A stretch of 64,000 nt of DNA from Bacteroidota bacterium (GTDB lineage: Bacteria; Bacteroidota; Bacteroidia; AKYH767-A; 2013-40CM-41-45). The stretch spans positions 411 through 64,410 of the forward strand of contig JAYVZS010000054.1 of NCBI GenBank assembly GCA_043783155.1. Direction: 5' to 3'. How positions within the stretch are numbered: position 1 is the stretch's first letter; each line of letters starts with the position of its first letter. The notes beneath the pieces were generated by a model. That model did not search any database. It was given only the letters and a program-made list of their open reading frames with translations, and had not been told where the DNA came from. Positions 9,036 to 18,437 of the stretch are shown piece by piece. Made by a program: the position numbers and the translations under genes.

Positions 9036-9848
9036 ATGAAGGAAGAAGAAAATAAAATGGATGATCAGTTCAGAAAAACAGTGAGGCGAAAAACCATTCG
9101 TTCGTTTGCGTGGTTTTTTCTTTTTTTTGTTTTGCTTTTTGCCGGATGGAAGTGGCTCGTGAGCCGGCCGCAGGATGAAGGCGCTTTGCGTCCGCTTAGA
9201 AAAGTGATGAATGCCAACGAAAAAATTTTTTCAAAAGTATTCAGCGAGCAGCATCTTGCTCCTGAATATCCGAAGACATCTGCAGTAAGCGAAGTGCGGG
9301 TGAATGGTGATCTTGGTATGGGCGCAGAGTATGATACTTCCGAATGGCAACTGGAAGTTGTGCGTTACTCCGCTCATGTATCAGTGCCCGGGGATACTTT
9401 TTATGTTTCACTTTCTGATTTGAAAAAATTGCCAAAGACCGAAGTTATCTTTAACTTTAAATGCATTGAAGGATGGAGCCAGGTAACGTGGTGGGGCGGA
9501 GTAAAATTTTCTGATTTTGCCGCTGCTTATAAGTTGGGAACAAAATCGGGAAATGCGCCCGACAAAAATCATCCCGAAGACATTGTTCCTTATGCGGGTT
9601 TATATACTCCCGGCATGGAATATTATGTGGGCATCGACATGGCAAGCATGCTTCATCCCCAGACAATTCTTTGCTATGAAATGAACGGAAAGCCATTGCC
9701 GTCAGAGCAAGGTGCGCCGTTACGTTTAATTATTCCGGTGAAGTACGGCGTGAAACACATCAAGCGCATCGGCACACTTTATTTTTCTGATACGCCGCCA
9801 CCGGATTATTGGGCAGAGCAGGGATATGATTATTATGCGGGACTTTGA
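9036..9848 (+). CDS. molybdopterin-dependent oxidoreductase, sulfite-oxidase family (MsrP/YedY-like)
   Basis: GAPLRLIIPVKYGVKHIKRIGTLYFSD is typical of the YedY/MsrP Moco domain. The N-terminal TM helix and the pairing with a cytochrome b fit. Confidence 0.6.
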   Translation: MKEEENKMDDQFRKTVRRKTIRSFAWFFLFFVLLFAGWKWLVSRPQDEGALRPLRKVMNANEKIFSKVFSEQHLAPEYPKTSAVSEVRVNGDLGMGAEYDTSEWQLEVVRYSAHVSVPGDTFYVSLSDLKKLPKTEVIFNFKCIEGWSQVTWWGGVKFSDFAAAYKLGTKSGNAPDKNHPEDIVPYAGLYTPGMEYYVGIDMASMLHPQTILCYEMNGKPLPSEQGAPLRLIIPVKYGVKHIKRIGTLYFSDTPPPDYWAEQGYDYYAGL

Positions 9849-10058
9849 ACTAAGAGTTAAGAACCAAGAATCAAGAATCTGGTCCGCAGCTTCCAGCTTG
9901 CTGGTCGCTTCGTCACCTCATCACTTTCCAACCCACTTTCCCTGTAAATATCCGAACAACACAACACAAAAATTTGTTAACACTCTCTTAATTCCTTTTG
10001 CTTCCTGTTATCTTCTTTCTAAATTGCCGCCTCTTAAACCAAACTCAAAACCAAAATC

Positions 10059-12857
10059 ATGAAACGTTTTACTTCTTCATTGTTAATGTTTTTTCTTTTC
10101 ATCGTTGCTGCACATGCGCAGGATGATCTAAAAACTGTTTTACCTGTCGATCCTTCAATCCGAACAGGTGTGTTGTCGAATGGCATGCGGTATTATGTTC
10201 GCTATAACAAAAAACCGGAGCACCGCGCCGAACTTCGTCTTGCCGTGAATGCAGGTTCCACCGCCGAAGACGATGATCAGCTCGGACTGGCCCATCTTAC
10301 CGAGCACATGTCTTTCAACGGGACCAAGAATTTTAAGAAAAGTGAATTGGTGGATTACCTTGAATCCATCGGTACTAAGTTCGGGCCTGATCTGAACGCA
10401 TACACAAGCTTCGATGAAACAGTGTACATGATTCAGCTTCCTACCGATACAGAATCGATTATCCAGAAAGGTTTTCAGATACTCGACGACTGGGCGCACA
10501 ATCTCAGTCATGACTCCACTGAAATTGAAAAGGAACGTGGCGTTGTGGTAGAAGAATGGCGTCTCGGACAAGGTGCTGATGAACGCATGCGTAGAAAATA
10601 CTGGCCGATTCTTTTTAAAGATTCTCGTTATGCCGTGCGTTTACCAATCGGTACCAAAGAAATTATTGAAGGATCCAAGCAATCAACACTAAAGAGATTT
10701 TATACTGACTGGTATCGTCCCGATCTCATGTGTGTGGTAGCTGTCGGAGATTTTGATGTCAACAAAATTGAAAAACTGATCAAGGAAAAATTTTCCGCTA
10801 TTCCGGTAAAGCAGAATCCACGTCCGATAAAATCGTGGCCTGTTCCCGATACAAAAGATTTGATGATCGCCACTGCAACGGATAAAGAAGCACGTTATGC
10901 ATCTGTTGAATTGGTTTACAAGCAACCGAAAGAGATCGAAAAAACTGTTGGTGATTATCGCAAGAACATAGTCGCGCAACTATATACCAGCATGCTCGGT
11001 TCACGCATGTCTGAATTACAGCGCCAGGCGGAACCACCATTCATGGCTGCTTTCAGTGGCTATGGAAATTTCGTACGGACAATCGATGCATATACCTCGC
11101 AGGCGATTTGTAAAGAGGATGGAATTGAAAAAGCATTGGTCACTCTTGTAACAGAAAATGAACGAGTGAGAAGATTTGGTTTTACCAGGACAGAACTTGA
11201 ACGTCAGAAAACCGAGTTGTTGAGAGGGATGGAAGAGGCCTACAACGAGCGTGATAAAACAGAATCGAAAGGATTGTCGATGGAATTGGTGAGAAACTTC
11301 CTCGATGCCGAACCGATTCCCGGAATTGAATATGAATACAATATATATAAGAAATACCTTCCCGGAATTACATTAGACGAAGTGAACAAACTTTCTCAGC
11401 AATGGATTACCGAAGGAGCAAATGCTGATGTTATTATTACAGCTCCTGACAAACCAACTTTAAAAATGCCGGGCGACGATCGCATACGTGAAATTGTGAA
11501 AGGCATGCGTACGATTGATGTAAAACCTTACGAAGACAAAGTGATTGACAAGCCATTGCTTGCAAAGAAACCGACAGCTACAAAAGTTGTGGATACAAAA
11601 GAAGTAAAGGAATTTGGAATCACAGAATGGAAATTGGCTAATGGTGCCCGCATAATTCTGAAGCCGACTGATTTTAAGAACGATGAGATTCTTTTTTCGG
11701 CCTCTTCTTATGGTGGTTCATCCTTGTATCCCGATAAGGATTACATGTCAGCTTTATATTGTGCTGGCATTATAGATGAATCCGGCCTTGGTGAGTTTGA
11801 CGCAACTTCCTTGGAAAAATTATTGTCAGGAAAGATTGCGAATGTTTCTCCAAGCGTAAGTGAACTTCAGCAAGGACTAAACGGAAAATGCGCACCAAAG
11901 GATTTAGAGACGATGTTGCAGATGATGTATCAGTATTTCATGGCTCCGCGAAAAGATGAAACAGCATTCAAATCGCTGATAGAAAAACAAAAAGGGTTCC
12001 TTCAGAACCGGAACTCCGATCCGAATTCAATTTTCCGCGATACTGTTTCGTATGCCATGTCGCAATACAATTACAGGAGTCGCCCGATGACAATTGATAT
12101 TTTGAAGGAAGTAAACCTGGATCGCGCTTTTGAAATTTACAAAGAGCGTTTCTCTGACGCAAGCAATTTTACTTTCTTCTTCGTTGGTAATTTCAAGCCG
12201 GAAGAACTGAAGCCGATGGTGGAAACCTACATTGGCGGATTGCCTTCGCCGAAGAAGGGTGAAACATGGAAAGATCTTGGTATCACTCCTCCTAAAGGTT
12301 TGCTGGAGAAAACTGTTAAGAAAGGTATCGAGCCGAAGAGTGCGGTGAGCCTTCGTTTCACGATGCCATTCGAATACAACCGAAATAACCGTAACCAGGT
12401 AAATGCATTGATGAAATTAGTGAATATCAAACTGCGTGAATCACTTCGTGAAGATAAGAGTGGTGTGTACGGAGTAAGTTGCAGTGCAAGTCCGAAACAT
12501 TATCCGAAACAAGGACTTGAAGTTACGATTGGTTTCGGTTGCGCTCCAAAGAATGTGGATTCGCTGATCATTGCCGCTTTCGCTGTCATTGAAAAAATTA
12601 AGAAAGAAGGTTGCAACGAGAAAGACCTGGTAAAGGTGAAGGAAACTTCAATACGTGAACGTGAAACCGGTTTGAAGGAAAACGGATTCTGGATGGGTGT
12701 ACTCAGTTCAAATTACATGAATGGAGAAAACATTCTTGACCTCCTTTCTTATACTGATTTTGTAAACAACCTGAAGGGCGATGACTTTGCCAAATTTGCG
12801 AATCAATATTTGAAATCGGAAAACTATGCCAAGTTCGTGCTGATGCCGGAGAAATAA
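10059..12857 (+). CDS. M16 family zinc peptidase (insulinase-like, tandem M16 halves) with signal peptide
   Basis: HLTEHMSFNGT carries the inverted zinc motif HxxEH, with EEW downstream. The ~930 aa size indicates a fused M16 active-plus-inactive pair. There is an N-terminal signal peptide. Confidence 0.8.
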   Translation: MKRFTSSLLMFFLFIVAAHAQDDLKTVLPVDPSIRTGVLSNGMRYYVRYNKKPEHRAELRLAVNAGSTAEDDDQLGLAHLTEHMSFNGTKNFKKSELVDYLESIGTKFGPDLNAYTSFDETVYMIQLPTDTESIIQKGFQILDDWAHNLSHDSTEIEKERGVVVEEWRLGQGADERMRRKYWPILFKDSRYAVRLPIGTKEIIEGSKQSTLKRFYTDWYRPDLMCVVAVGDFDVNKIEKLIKEKFSAIPVKQNPRPIKSWPVPDTKDLMIATATDKEARYASVELVYKQPKEIEKTVGDYRKNIVAQLYTSMLGSRMSELQRQAEPPFMAAFSGYGNFVRTIDAYTSQAICKEDGIEKALVTLVTENERVRRFGFTRTELERQKTELLRGMEEAYNERDKTESKGLSMELVRNFLDAEPIPGIEYEYNIYKKYLPGITLDEVNKLSQQWITEGANADVIITAPDKPTLKMPGDDRIREIVKGMRTIDVKPYEDKVIDKPLLAKKPTATKVVDTKEVKEFGITEWKLANGARIILKPTDFKNDEILFSASSYGGSSLYPDKDYMSALYCAGIIDESGLGEFDATSLEKLLSGKIANVSPSVSELQQGLNGKCAPKDLETMLQMMYQYFMAPRKDETAFKSLIEKQKGFLQNRNSDPNSIFRDTVSYAMSQYNYRSRPMTIDILKEVNLDRAFEIYKERFSDASNFTFFFVGNFKPEELKPMVETYIGGLPSPKKGETWKDLGITPPKGLLEKTVKKGIEPKSAVSLRFTMPFEYNRNNRNQVNALMKLVNIKLRESLREDKSGVYGVSCSASPKHYPKQGLEVTIGFGCAPKNVDSLIIAAFAVIEKIKKEGCNEKDLVKVKETSIRERETGLKENGFWMGVLSSNYMNGENILDLLSYTDFVNNLKGDDFAKFANQYLKSENYAKFVLMPEK

Positions 12858-12886
12858 TTCAGGTAGATGCAGTTGGAAATAAAAAA

Positions 12887-12915
12887 TGCAGCACCGAAAG
12901 TGCTGCATTTTTTTT
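12887..12915 (+). terminator. rho-independent terminator
   Basis: TGCAGCAC-cgaaa-GTGCTGCA followed by T8, 30 bp after the M16 peptidase stop. Confidence 0.75.
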
Positions 12916-13097
12916 ACATATCAAGTGATTTAAGAATCGGAAAGATCATAGCCATGTCATGCTGGAAGCAACTTGTTTATTAGGTGTGGGTATTTTCTAA
13001 TTGCCTGGATGGTAAATTTTAAGAGATAAATCTTAAGCTAGAGATTCTTCCAGAATGACATACTACATATTAGCGACTGACTTTAATCCCGGATAAT

Positions 13098-13598
13098 TCA
13101 ATTCATCATCCTCGAAACAATGAAGCCGATGATCAACGCAATTACCAATACGGCAAGAATCGTATTGAAAACTTTCTGCGTACCAAGATTTTTTTTCAGG
13201 CTCGCTTGTCCACGGATGTTGTTAAGTATAATTTCAAGACGGTGAAAAGTGCTTTCATTTTTTACAATGTAATCATACGCACCGTATTTCATGGTGTTGG
13301 CAGCGATTTCAGTTTTTTCCTGTGAGGAAAGGAAAATGATCGGGACATTCGGAAACTGTTCTTTCAGTTTTTTCAAAACCATTAAGCCGTTCATCGCTTC
13401 CGCGTTTATGGAGTCGAGGTGATAATCAAGAACGATGACATCCGGCTCAAGATAAATTCCGCTGATGGCTGATTCGCCTGAATCAAAAGAAGTGATGGAA
13501 GATCCCGGAAATTTTCGTTCGAAAAAATCTTTCTGCATTTCTGTCATTGCCGGATCATCATCAACAATTGCAATTTTAAAATTTTGATGCGTGTACAT
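13098..13598 (-). CDS. response-regulator receiver domain protein with C-terminal transmembrane anchor
   Basis: IAIVDDDP, VIVLDYHL (acceptor Asp) and YDYIVK (Lys) are present. There is no output domain. The last ~25 residues (VFNTILAVLVIALIIGFIVSRMMN) form a hydrophobic helix. Confidence 0.65.
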   Translation of the reverse strand: MYTHQNFKIAIVDDDPAMTEMQKDFFERKFPGSSITSFDSGESAISGIYLEPDVIVLDYHLDSINAEAMNGLMVLKKLKEQFPNVPIIFLSSQEKTEIAANTMKYGAYDYIVKNESTFHRLEIILNNIRGQASLKKNLGTQKVFNTILAVLVIALIIGFIVSRMMN

Positions 13599-13676
13599 GC
13601 TTGTTCCTGATTAATTGCTGTGAAGATAGAAGAAAAGTATTTAATTGGAAAACGGGTTGAAGATAAGCAGTATCAT

Positions 13677-13736
13677 CTTCATGCCTTCTTGTCTTTGTGG
13701 TAAAAAAATAAACCACAAAGACACGAAGGCATGAAG
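13677..13736. other. 60-nt near-perfect hairpin (24-bp stem, 1 mismatch, 12-nt A-rich loop)
   Basis: CTTCATGCCTTCTTGTCTTTGTGG-taaaaaaataaa-CCACAAAGACACGAAGGCATGAAG. It lies between the helicase stop and the receiver gene start, both on the minus strand. No flanking U-tract. Confidence 0.7.
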
Positions 13737-13755
13737 TAACATGAGGGTATAAGAA

Positions 13756-16700
13756 TTATTTAATCCGTTTCACTTTCTTCTCATTCACATACACCAGGTA
13801 TTTCTCAACGTCAACATACTTCATCGATGAAAGAACTTCAGCATAACGAACGACCTGTTTTTCATGGGCAGCCAATTCTTTTCCGGTTTTGAAATCAATA
13901 ACAATGGCTTTGTTGCCTTTGATCAATACTCTGTCGGGTCGCACTATTTCTCCGTCAGGAAGAATGATTTCGCGTTCTGATTTTACAGTCCATTCCTTGC
14001 TGAAAAAATTACTGACTTCAGGAAGTGCAAGAAGCGCTTGTATTTTCTCTTCCAGGTTTTTCTTTTCTTCCTCTGAAAACAATCCTTCGAAATAATATTT
14101 ACTGATCGTCTTTTCAATTTCATCTTCCGAATTGATCTCCGAAAGAATTTTATGAACGAGAATTCCGTAATTGATTTTCGAAGTTCCGGGCGATTGAATC
14201 AACTCAAGAAGATCATTCGCATGTGTCGTAATGCCGATCCTGTCGTGCCATCGATTTGATGGATAACTGTTCAGTGTAATGCCGATGTCTTTTCTCTTGT
14301 CTTCTTTCTTCTGATGAACCATCAGTTCTCCAAACGAAAAGTTGCCTTCTTCAGTAATCAGTTGTTTCCATTTTTCGTTTCGCTTAATCAAACGGCAGAT
14401 CAACTTTCCTGTTGTATTCAAATCATTCTCTTTGTCGACGGGAGAAAAAATATAGAGCTGTTCTTCGGCACGCGTGAAGGCGACATAAAGTAAGTTGATG
14501 TTGTCGATGACTGCGTTCGTAATTTCTTCCCGATACGATTCATGAAACGATGTGTCGAGTAATTTTTTAGAAGACGATAAAGGAACCGAACCAAGTTCAT
14601 TGAAAGGAGGTACTTCACTGGTGACCCAAAGAATATCACGGCTATCCGGTACCAACTTCCATTCTGTAAATGGCATGATCACAACAGGAAATTGCAATCC
14701 TTTCGATTTGTGAATCGTCATGATCCGGATGGCATCTTCGTTTTCAGGAATGGTGACGGAACAATTTCTGACCGTGTCACTTTCTTCCCACCACTCCAGA
14801 AACCCGTTGAGACTGGAATTATTTTTTGTCGCGTATTCAAGAACGAGATCCTGGAACCGTTGAATGTATGCATCCGGTTTTTTATTTAACCCGAAAATTC
14901 TGACAAGTTGCTCGCTGAGCTCATACACGGGAAGTTTACTCAGATAGAGCAAGTGTTCCGTAAAATCAGGAGGCAGGATTTTATTGAAGAGAGTTTCATC
15001 GAAATTCTTAACATCAAACAATGTATTTGCAACCGCTCTTTTTTTGCTTCTTGATTTAGTTGACCGGTGATCAGAAAAAATCGCGTGAAGATCATCGTTC
15101 TTGCTGTTGTTTAGATAAACGGCATAGTAATACAATACTTCGCTGCGTGCTATCTGGTTGTGATGATCCGAAAGGAAATGACAAACGTGAATGAGGAACT
15201 GGATGACAGCAGAGCGCGATAGGAGCAGGGAGTCAGGGGAAAGGATTTTCGTAATTCCGTTTTCAAAAAGAAAATCCGCCACTTCATTCCCTTCAAAATT
15301 ATTTCGGACGAGAATGGAAATATCACTCATGGAATAATTTTGCTTCGGCAAATCACGGATTATGGCGAGCATATCATTCAGCGCTTTCTCTTTCCACTTC
15401 AAAGGATCATTTCCTTCTTCCACTTCAATCGCTTTGTCATCTTCGAAAAAACGGACACTTACATAGCCGCCTGAATCATTTTTCTTTGTCACGTCCTGTT
15501 TCAAAGAATCGGAGTAAATAAGTTGAAGTAAAGCATCTTCATGTAGTTCAAGATCGCTGTTAACGAGCGTCGGAACGTTGCTGAAGAATGTGTTATTGAA
15601 TTCAATGATGTTGCGCTTGCTGCGGAAGTTGGTTGCCAGGTTCTCTTCGCTGATAATGGAATCAAATTGCATTAAATCTTTTCGAAGTTCGCGGGCAAGC
15701 AGGTTCATGTTTCCTCCGCGCCACCGGTAGATGGATTGTTTTGCGTCTCCTACAACCATGCAAAAATTTCCGCTGCCGAGCGAATTGATGATCAGTGGTA
15801 ACAGATTTTTCCATTGAAGATCGGAGGTGTCCTGGAATTCATCAATGAGAAAATGAGAATATTTGTTACCCGTCTTTTCAAAAATAAACGGAGCGTCATC
15901 GGTGGAAATAAATGAATGAAGAATTTTCGGTGTGTCGGAAATCATCACGGTGTTTTTTTCTTCCCGGTATTCGCTGAGTTTTTTTTGCAGATCATTTACA
16001 ATGCCGAGGACATAAATCTTTTTTAAGACCTCGATACATCCGGCGTAACGCTGAAATTCCTCTTCTATATAGTGACTGATTTTTTGCAGATGTTTCAGCA
16101 AGCTATTTTCAACCAGGTCAATGATTTCATTTTTTCGTTTCGAAGTTTTTGGAACCCAATTTTCAGAAGAGTCAAGTGCTTTCAAAACATACGAATTCTG
16201 TTTGTATTTATCGGGCCCATTGTTGGTTCTGATTTTATTAAAGTATCCCGCAACGCCTTTTTCTTTCTGAGTAAAATCATCGCTGCTGAATCCATTTTGG
16301 GAGATGGTATTGACCGCTTCATCACCGAATTTTTTCATCGTACTTTCAAAAGCTTTTTTAATTGCCTTCAATTGTGCGAAAACATTTCCGATTTTTTCTC
16401 TTGTGAGAGATTGATCCGATATCGATTTCTCTTTAAACAATTGTTGGGCGATCGAACGGATATCTCCTTCGATACTCCAGCTTTTTTCATCGTCTAATTT
16501 CTGAAGGACAAGATCACTCAGCCATTCGGTAAGTTCAGTGTCCTTTCCAACATCGTTTAATAATTTCTCAACGATTGCCTCGATGACTTCATCCTGTCTC
16601 ATTTCAACTTCAAACCGAAGCGGCAGATGAATTTCTCTTGCGAGTGAACGCATCACTTTTTGAAAAAAACTGTCTATCGTACAAACAGAAAATCCGCTGT

Positions 16701-16989
16701 AATCATGCAGTATCAGCTCCAGTACTTTTTTTGCCTGTCGACTGATGTTTATTCCGGGTAATTCATCCTGTAAAATATTTTTGAGCGTGTCATTTTTTCC
16801 TTCACTCAACTCAACAAGACTGTCCACAATTCGACTTTTCATTTCTTCCGTTGCCTTGTTGGTAAAAGTGATGGCAAGAATGTGTTTGTAATCATTCGGC
16901 TGACTGAGTGCAATGCGGAGATACTCTTTTACGAGTGTAAAAGTCTTGCCGGAGCCGGCAGAAGATTTATAAATTTTGAGAGCGTTCAT
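13756..16989 (-). CDS. UvrD-family helicase / PD-(D/E)XK nuclease fusion (AddA-like)
   Basis: N-terminal Walker A KSSAGSGKTF, UvrD-like motifs and a C-terminal PD-(D/E)XK-like segment (IVIDFKTGK). The track ORF extends to 17031, but the start was chosen at MNALKIYKSSAGSGKTF. Confidence 0.7.
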   Translation of the reverse strand: MNALKIYKSSAGSGKTFTLVKEYLRIALSQPNDYKHILAITFTNKATEEMKSRIVDSLVELSEGKNDTLKNILQDELPGINISRQAKKVLELILHDYSGFSVCTIDSFFQKVMRSLAREIHLPLRFEVEMRQDEVIEAIVEKLLNDVGKDTELTEWLSDLVLQKLDDEKSWSIEGDIRSIAQQLFKEKSISDQSLTREKIGNVFAQLKAIKKAFESTMKKFGDEAVNTISQNGFSSDDFTQKEKGVAGYFNKIRTNNGPDKYKQNSYVLKALDSSENWVPKTSKRKNEIIDLVENSLLKHLQKISHYIEEEFQRYAGCIEVLKKIYVLGIVNDLQKKLSEYREEKNTVMISDTPKILHSFISTDDAPFIFEKTGNKYSHFLIDEFQDTSDLQWKNLLPLIINSLGSGNFCMVVGDAKQSIYRWRGGNMNLLARELRKDLMQFDSIISEENLATNFRSKRNIIEFNNTFFSNVPTLVNSDLELHEDALLQLIYSDSLKQDVTKKNDSGGYVSVRFFEDDKAIEVEEGNDPLKWKEKALNDMLAIIRDLPKQNYSMSDISILVRNNFEGNEVADFLFENGITKILSPDSLLLSRSAVIQFLIHVCHFLSDHHNQIARSEVLYYYAVYLNNSKNDDLHAIFSDHRSTKSRSKKRAVANTLFDVKNFDETLFNKILPPDFTEHLLYLSKLPVYELSEQLVRIFGLNKKPDAYIQRFQDLVLEYATKNNSSLNGFLEWWEESDTVRNCSVTIPENEDAIRIMTIHKSKGLQFPVVIMPFTEWKLVPDSRDILWVTSEVPPFNELGSVPLSSSKKLLDTSFHESYREEITNAVIDNINLLYVAFTRAEEQLYIFSPVDKENDLNTTGKLICRLIKRNEKWKQLITEEGNFSFGELMVHQKKEDKRKDIGITLNSYPSNRWHDRIGITTHANDLLELIQSPGTSKINYGILVHKILSEINSEDEIEKTISKYYFEGLFSEEEKKNLEEKIQALLALPEVSNFFSKEWTVKSEREIILPDGEIVRPDRVLIKGNKAIVIDFKTGKELAAHEKQVVRYAEVLSSMKYVDVEKYLVYVNEKKVKRIK

Positions 16990-17267
16990 ATTTGTTTCGT
17001 GAACAAAGATAAACTTTGGGAGCAAGATCAAAAGGAAACTTGTTTGAGACTTGTTTTAAATATTTGCTATCATACATCCTTCCAGATCACTCAGCATGAC
17101 CTGCGTATGATGTCGCACTGGGCGAAGTGCTTGTTAGCCATGATATTTTAGCGCATTAAATTTAACAGTGACTAAAGTCTGAATTTTCTGAACAAATCGG
17201 CCTTTGAATTGTTCTACTCTTACTCCTGAAGAATTATCGGTAGATTTGTGTTGTTAAATTTAAGTTC

Positions 17268-18365
17268 ATGAAGGGGTATCGCTTTGGAAAATACATTAAC
17301 CGGGATGATGGCAAAGCTCCATTCGAGAAATTGCTTGATCTGTTCATGCAGCTTCTTGTGTACACGGCAGGCGATGTTCAGGAAGCCATGAACTGGTTGA
17401 ATGAACTTGACCGCGAACACAAGCTGACCGATGAGAATTACTCGATGGCTGATTTCATCCGTGACCTGAAAGACAAAGGATATATTCGCGATGGTGAAGG
17501 AAATAATGGAATTATTTTAACGGCGAAAACGGAACAGACCATTCGCAAGAGTGCGCTGGATGAAGTGTTTGGCAAGTTGAAGAAATCGCAACGCGGAAAT
17601 CACCGTACTAATTTTACCGGAACGGGCGATGAGCTTACCTCTGATCATCGAGAATACCGTTTCGGTGATTCGCTCGATCAGCTTTCGATGACTGATTCAA
17701 TACGGAATGCGCAAATCAATCATGGGATCACTGATTTTACATTGATGGAAGGCGATCTCGATGTAATTGAATCGGAAATGAAAATGCAGACATCAACGGT
17801 TTTGATGATTGACATTTCTCACTCCATGATTCTCTACGGAGAAGATCGTATCACACCAGCGAAAAAAGTGGCGATGGCTTTGAGTGAATTAATTACAACG
17901 CGTTATCCAAAGGATACACTTGATATCATTGTGTTTGGAGACGATGCGTGGAAAATTGAAATCAAAGATTTACCTTACCTTCAGGTAGGACCTTATCATA
18001 CCAATACCGTTGCAGGATTGGAACTGGCCATGGATATTCTTCGCCGAAGAAAAAATAACAACAGGCAGATTTTTATGATCACCGATGGAAAGCCAAGCTG
18101 CATCAAAGAAGGAGGCCGGTATTATAAAAACAGTTTCGGGCTCGACAGGAAAATAGTTAACCGATGTCTTAGTCTCGCTATGGCTTGTCGTAAGATGAAA
18201 ATTCCAGTCACTACGTTTATGGTTGCTGAAGATCCTTACCTGCGTTCTTTTATTCAGGAGTTTACTGAGGCGAATAATGGCAAAGCGTTTTTTACTTCGC
18301 TGCAGGGATTGGGAGATTATATTTTTGAGGACTATGAGAGGAATAGAAGGAAGAGAGTTAGGTAA
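17268..18365 (+). CDS. VWA domain-containing protein (BchD/CobT C-terminal-like)
   Basis: The MIDAS motif is intact: MIDISHSM (DxSxS), then FMITDGKPS and further conserved positions. Confidence 0.7.
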   Translation: MKGYRFGKYINRDDGKAPFEKLLDLFMQLLVYTAGDVQEAMNWLNELDREHKLTDENYSMADFIRDLKDKGYIRDGEGNNGIILTAKTEQTIRKSALDEVFGKLKKSQRGNHRTNFTGTGDELTSDHREYRFGDSLDQLSMTDSIRNAQINHGITDFTLMEGDLDVIESEMKMQTSTVLMIDISHSMILYGEDRITPAKKVAMALSELITTRYPKDTLDIIVFGDDAWKIEIKDLPYLQVGPYHTNTVAGLELAMDILRRRKNNNRQIFMITDGKPSCIKEGGRYYKNSFGLDRKIVNRCLSLAMACRKMKIPVTTFMVAEDPYLRSFIQEFTEANNGKAFFTSLQGLGDYIFEDYERNRRKRVR

Positions 18366-18437
18366 TTGGATTTAGGATGTTTGGATTGGGAGAGTGTAAA
18401 AATAAAGGCAACAAAATTATATAACAACTGGTAAGAT

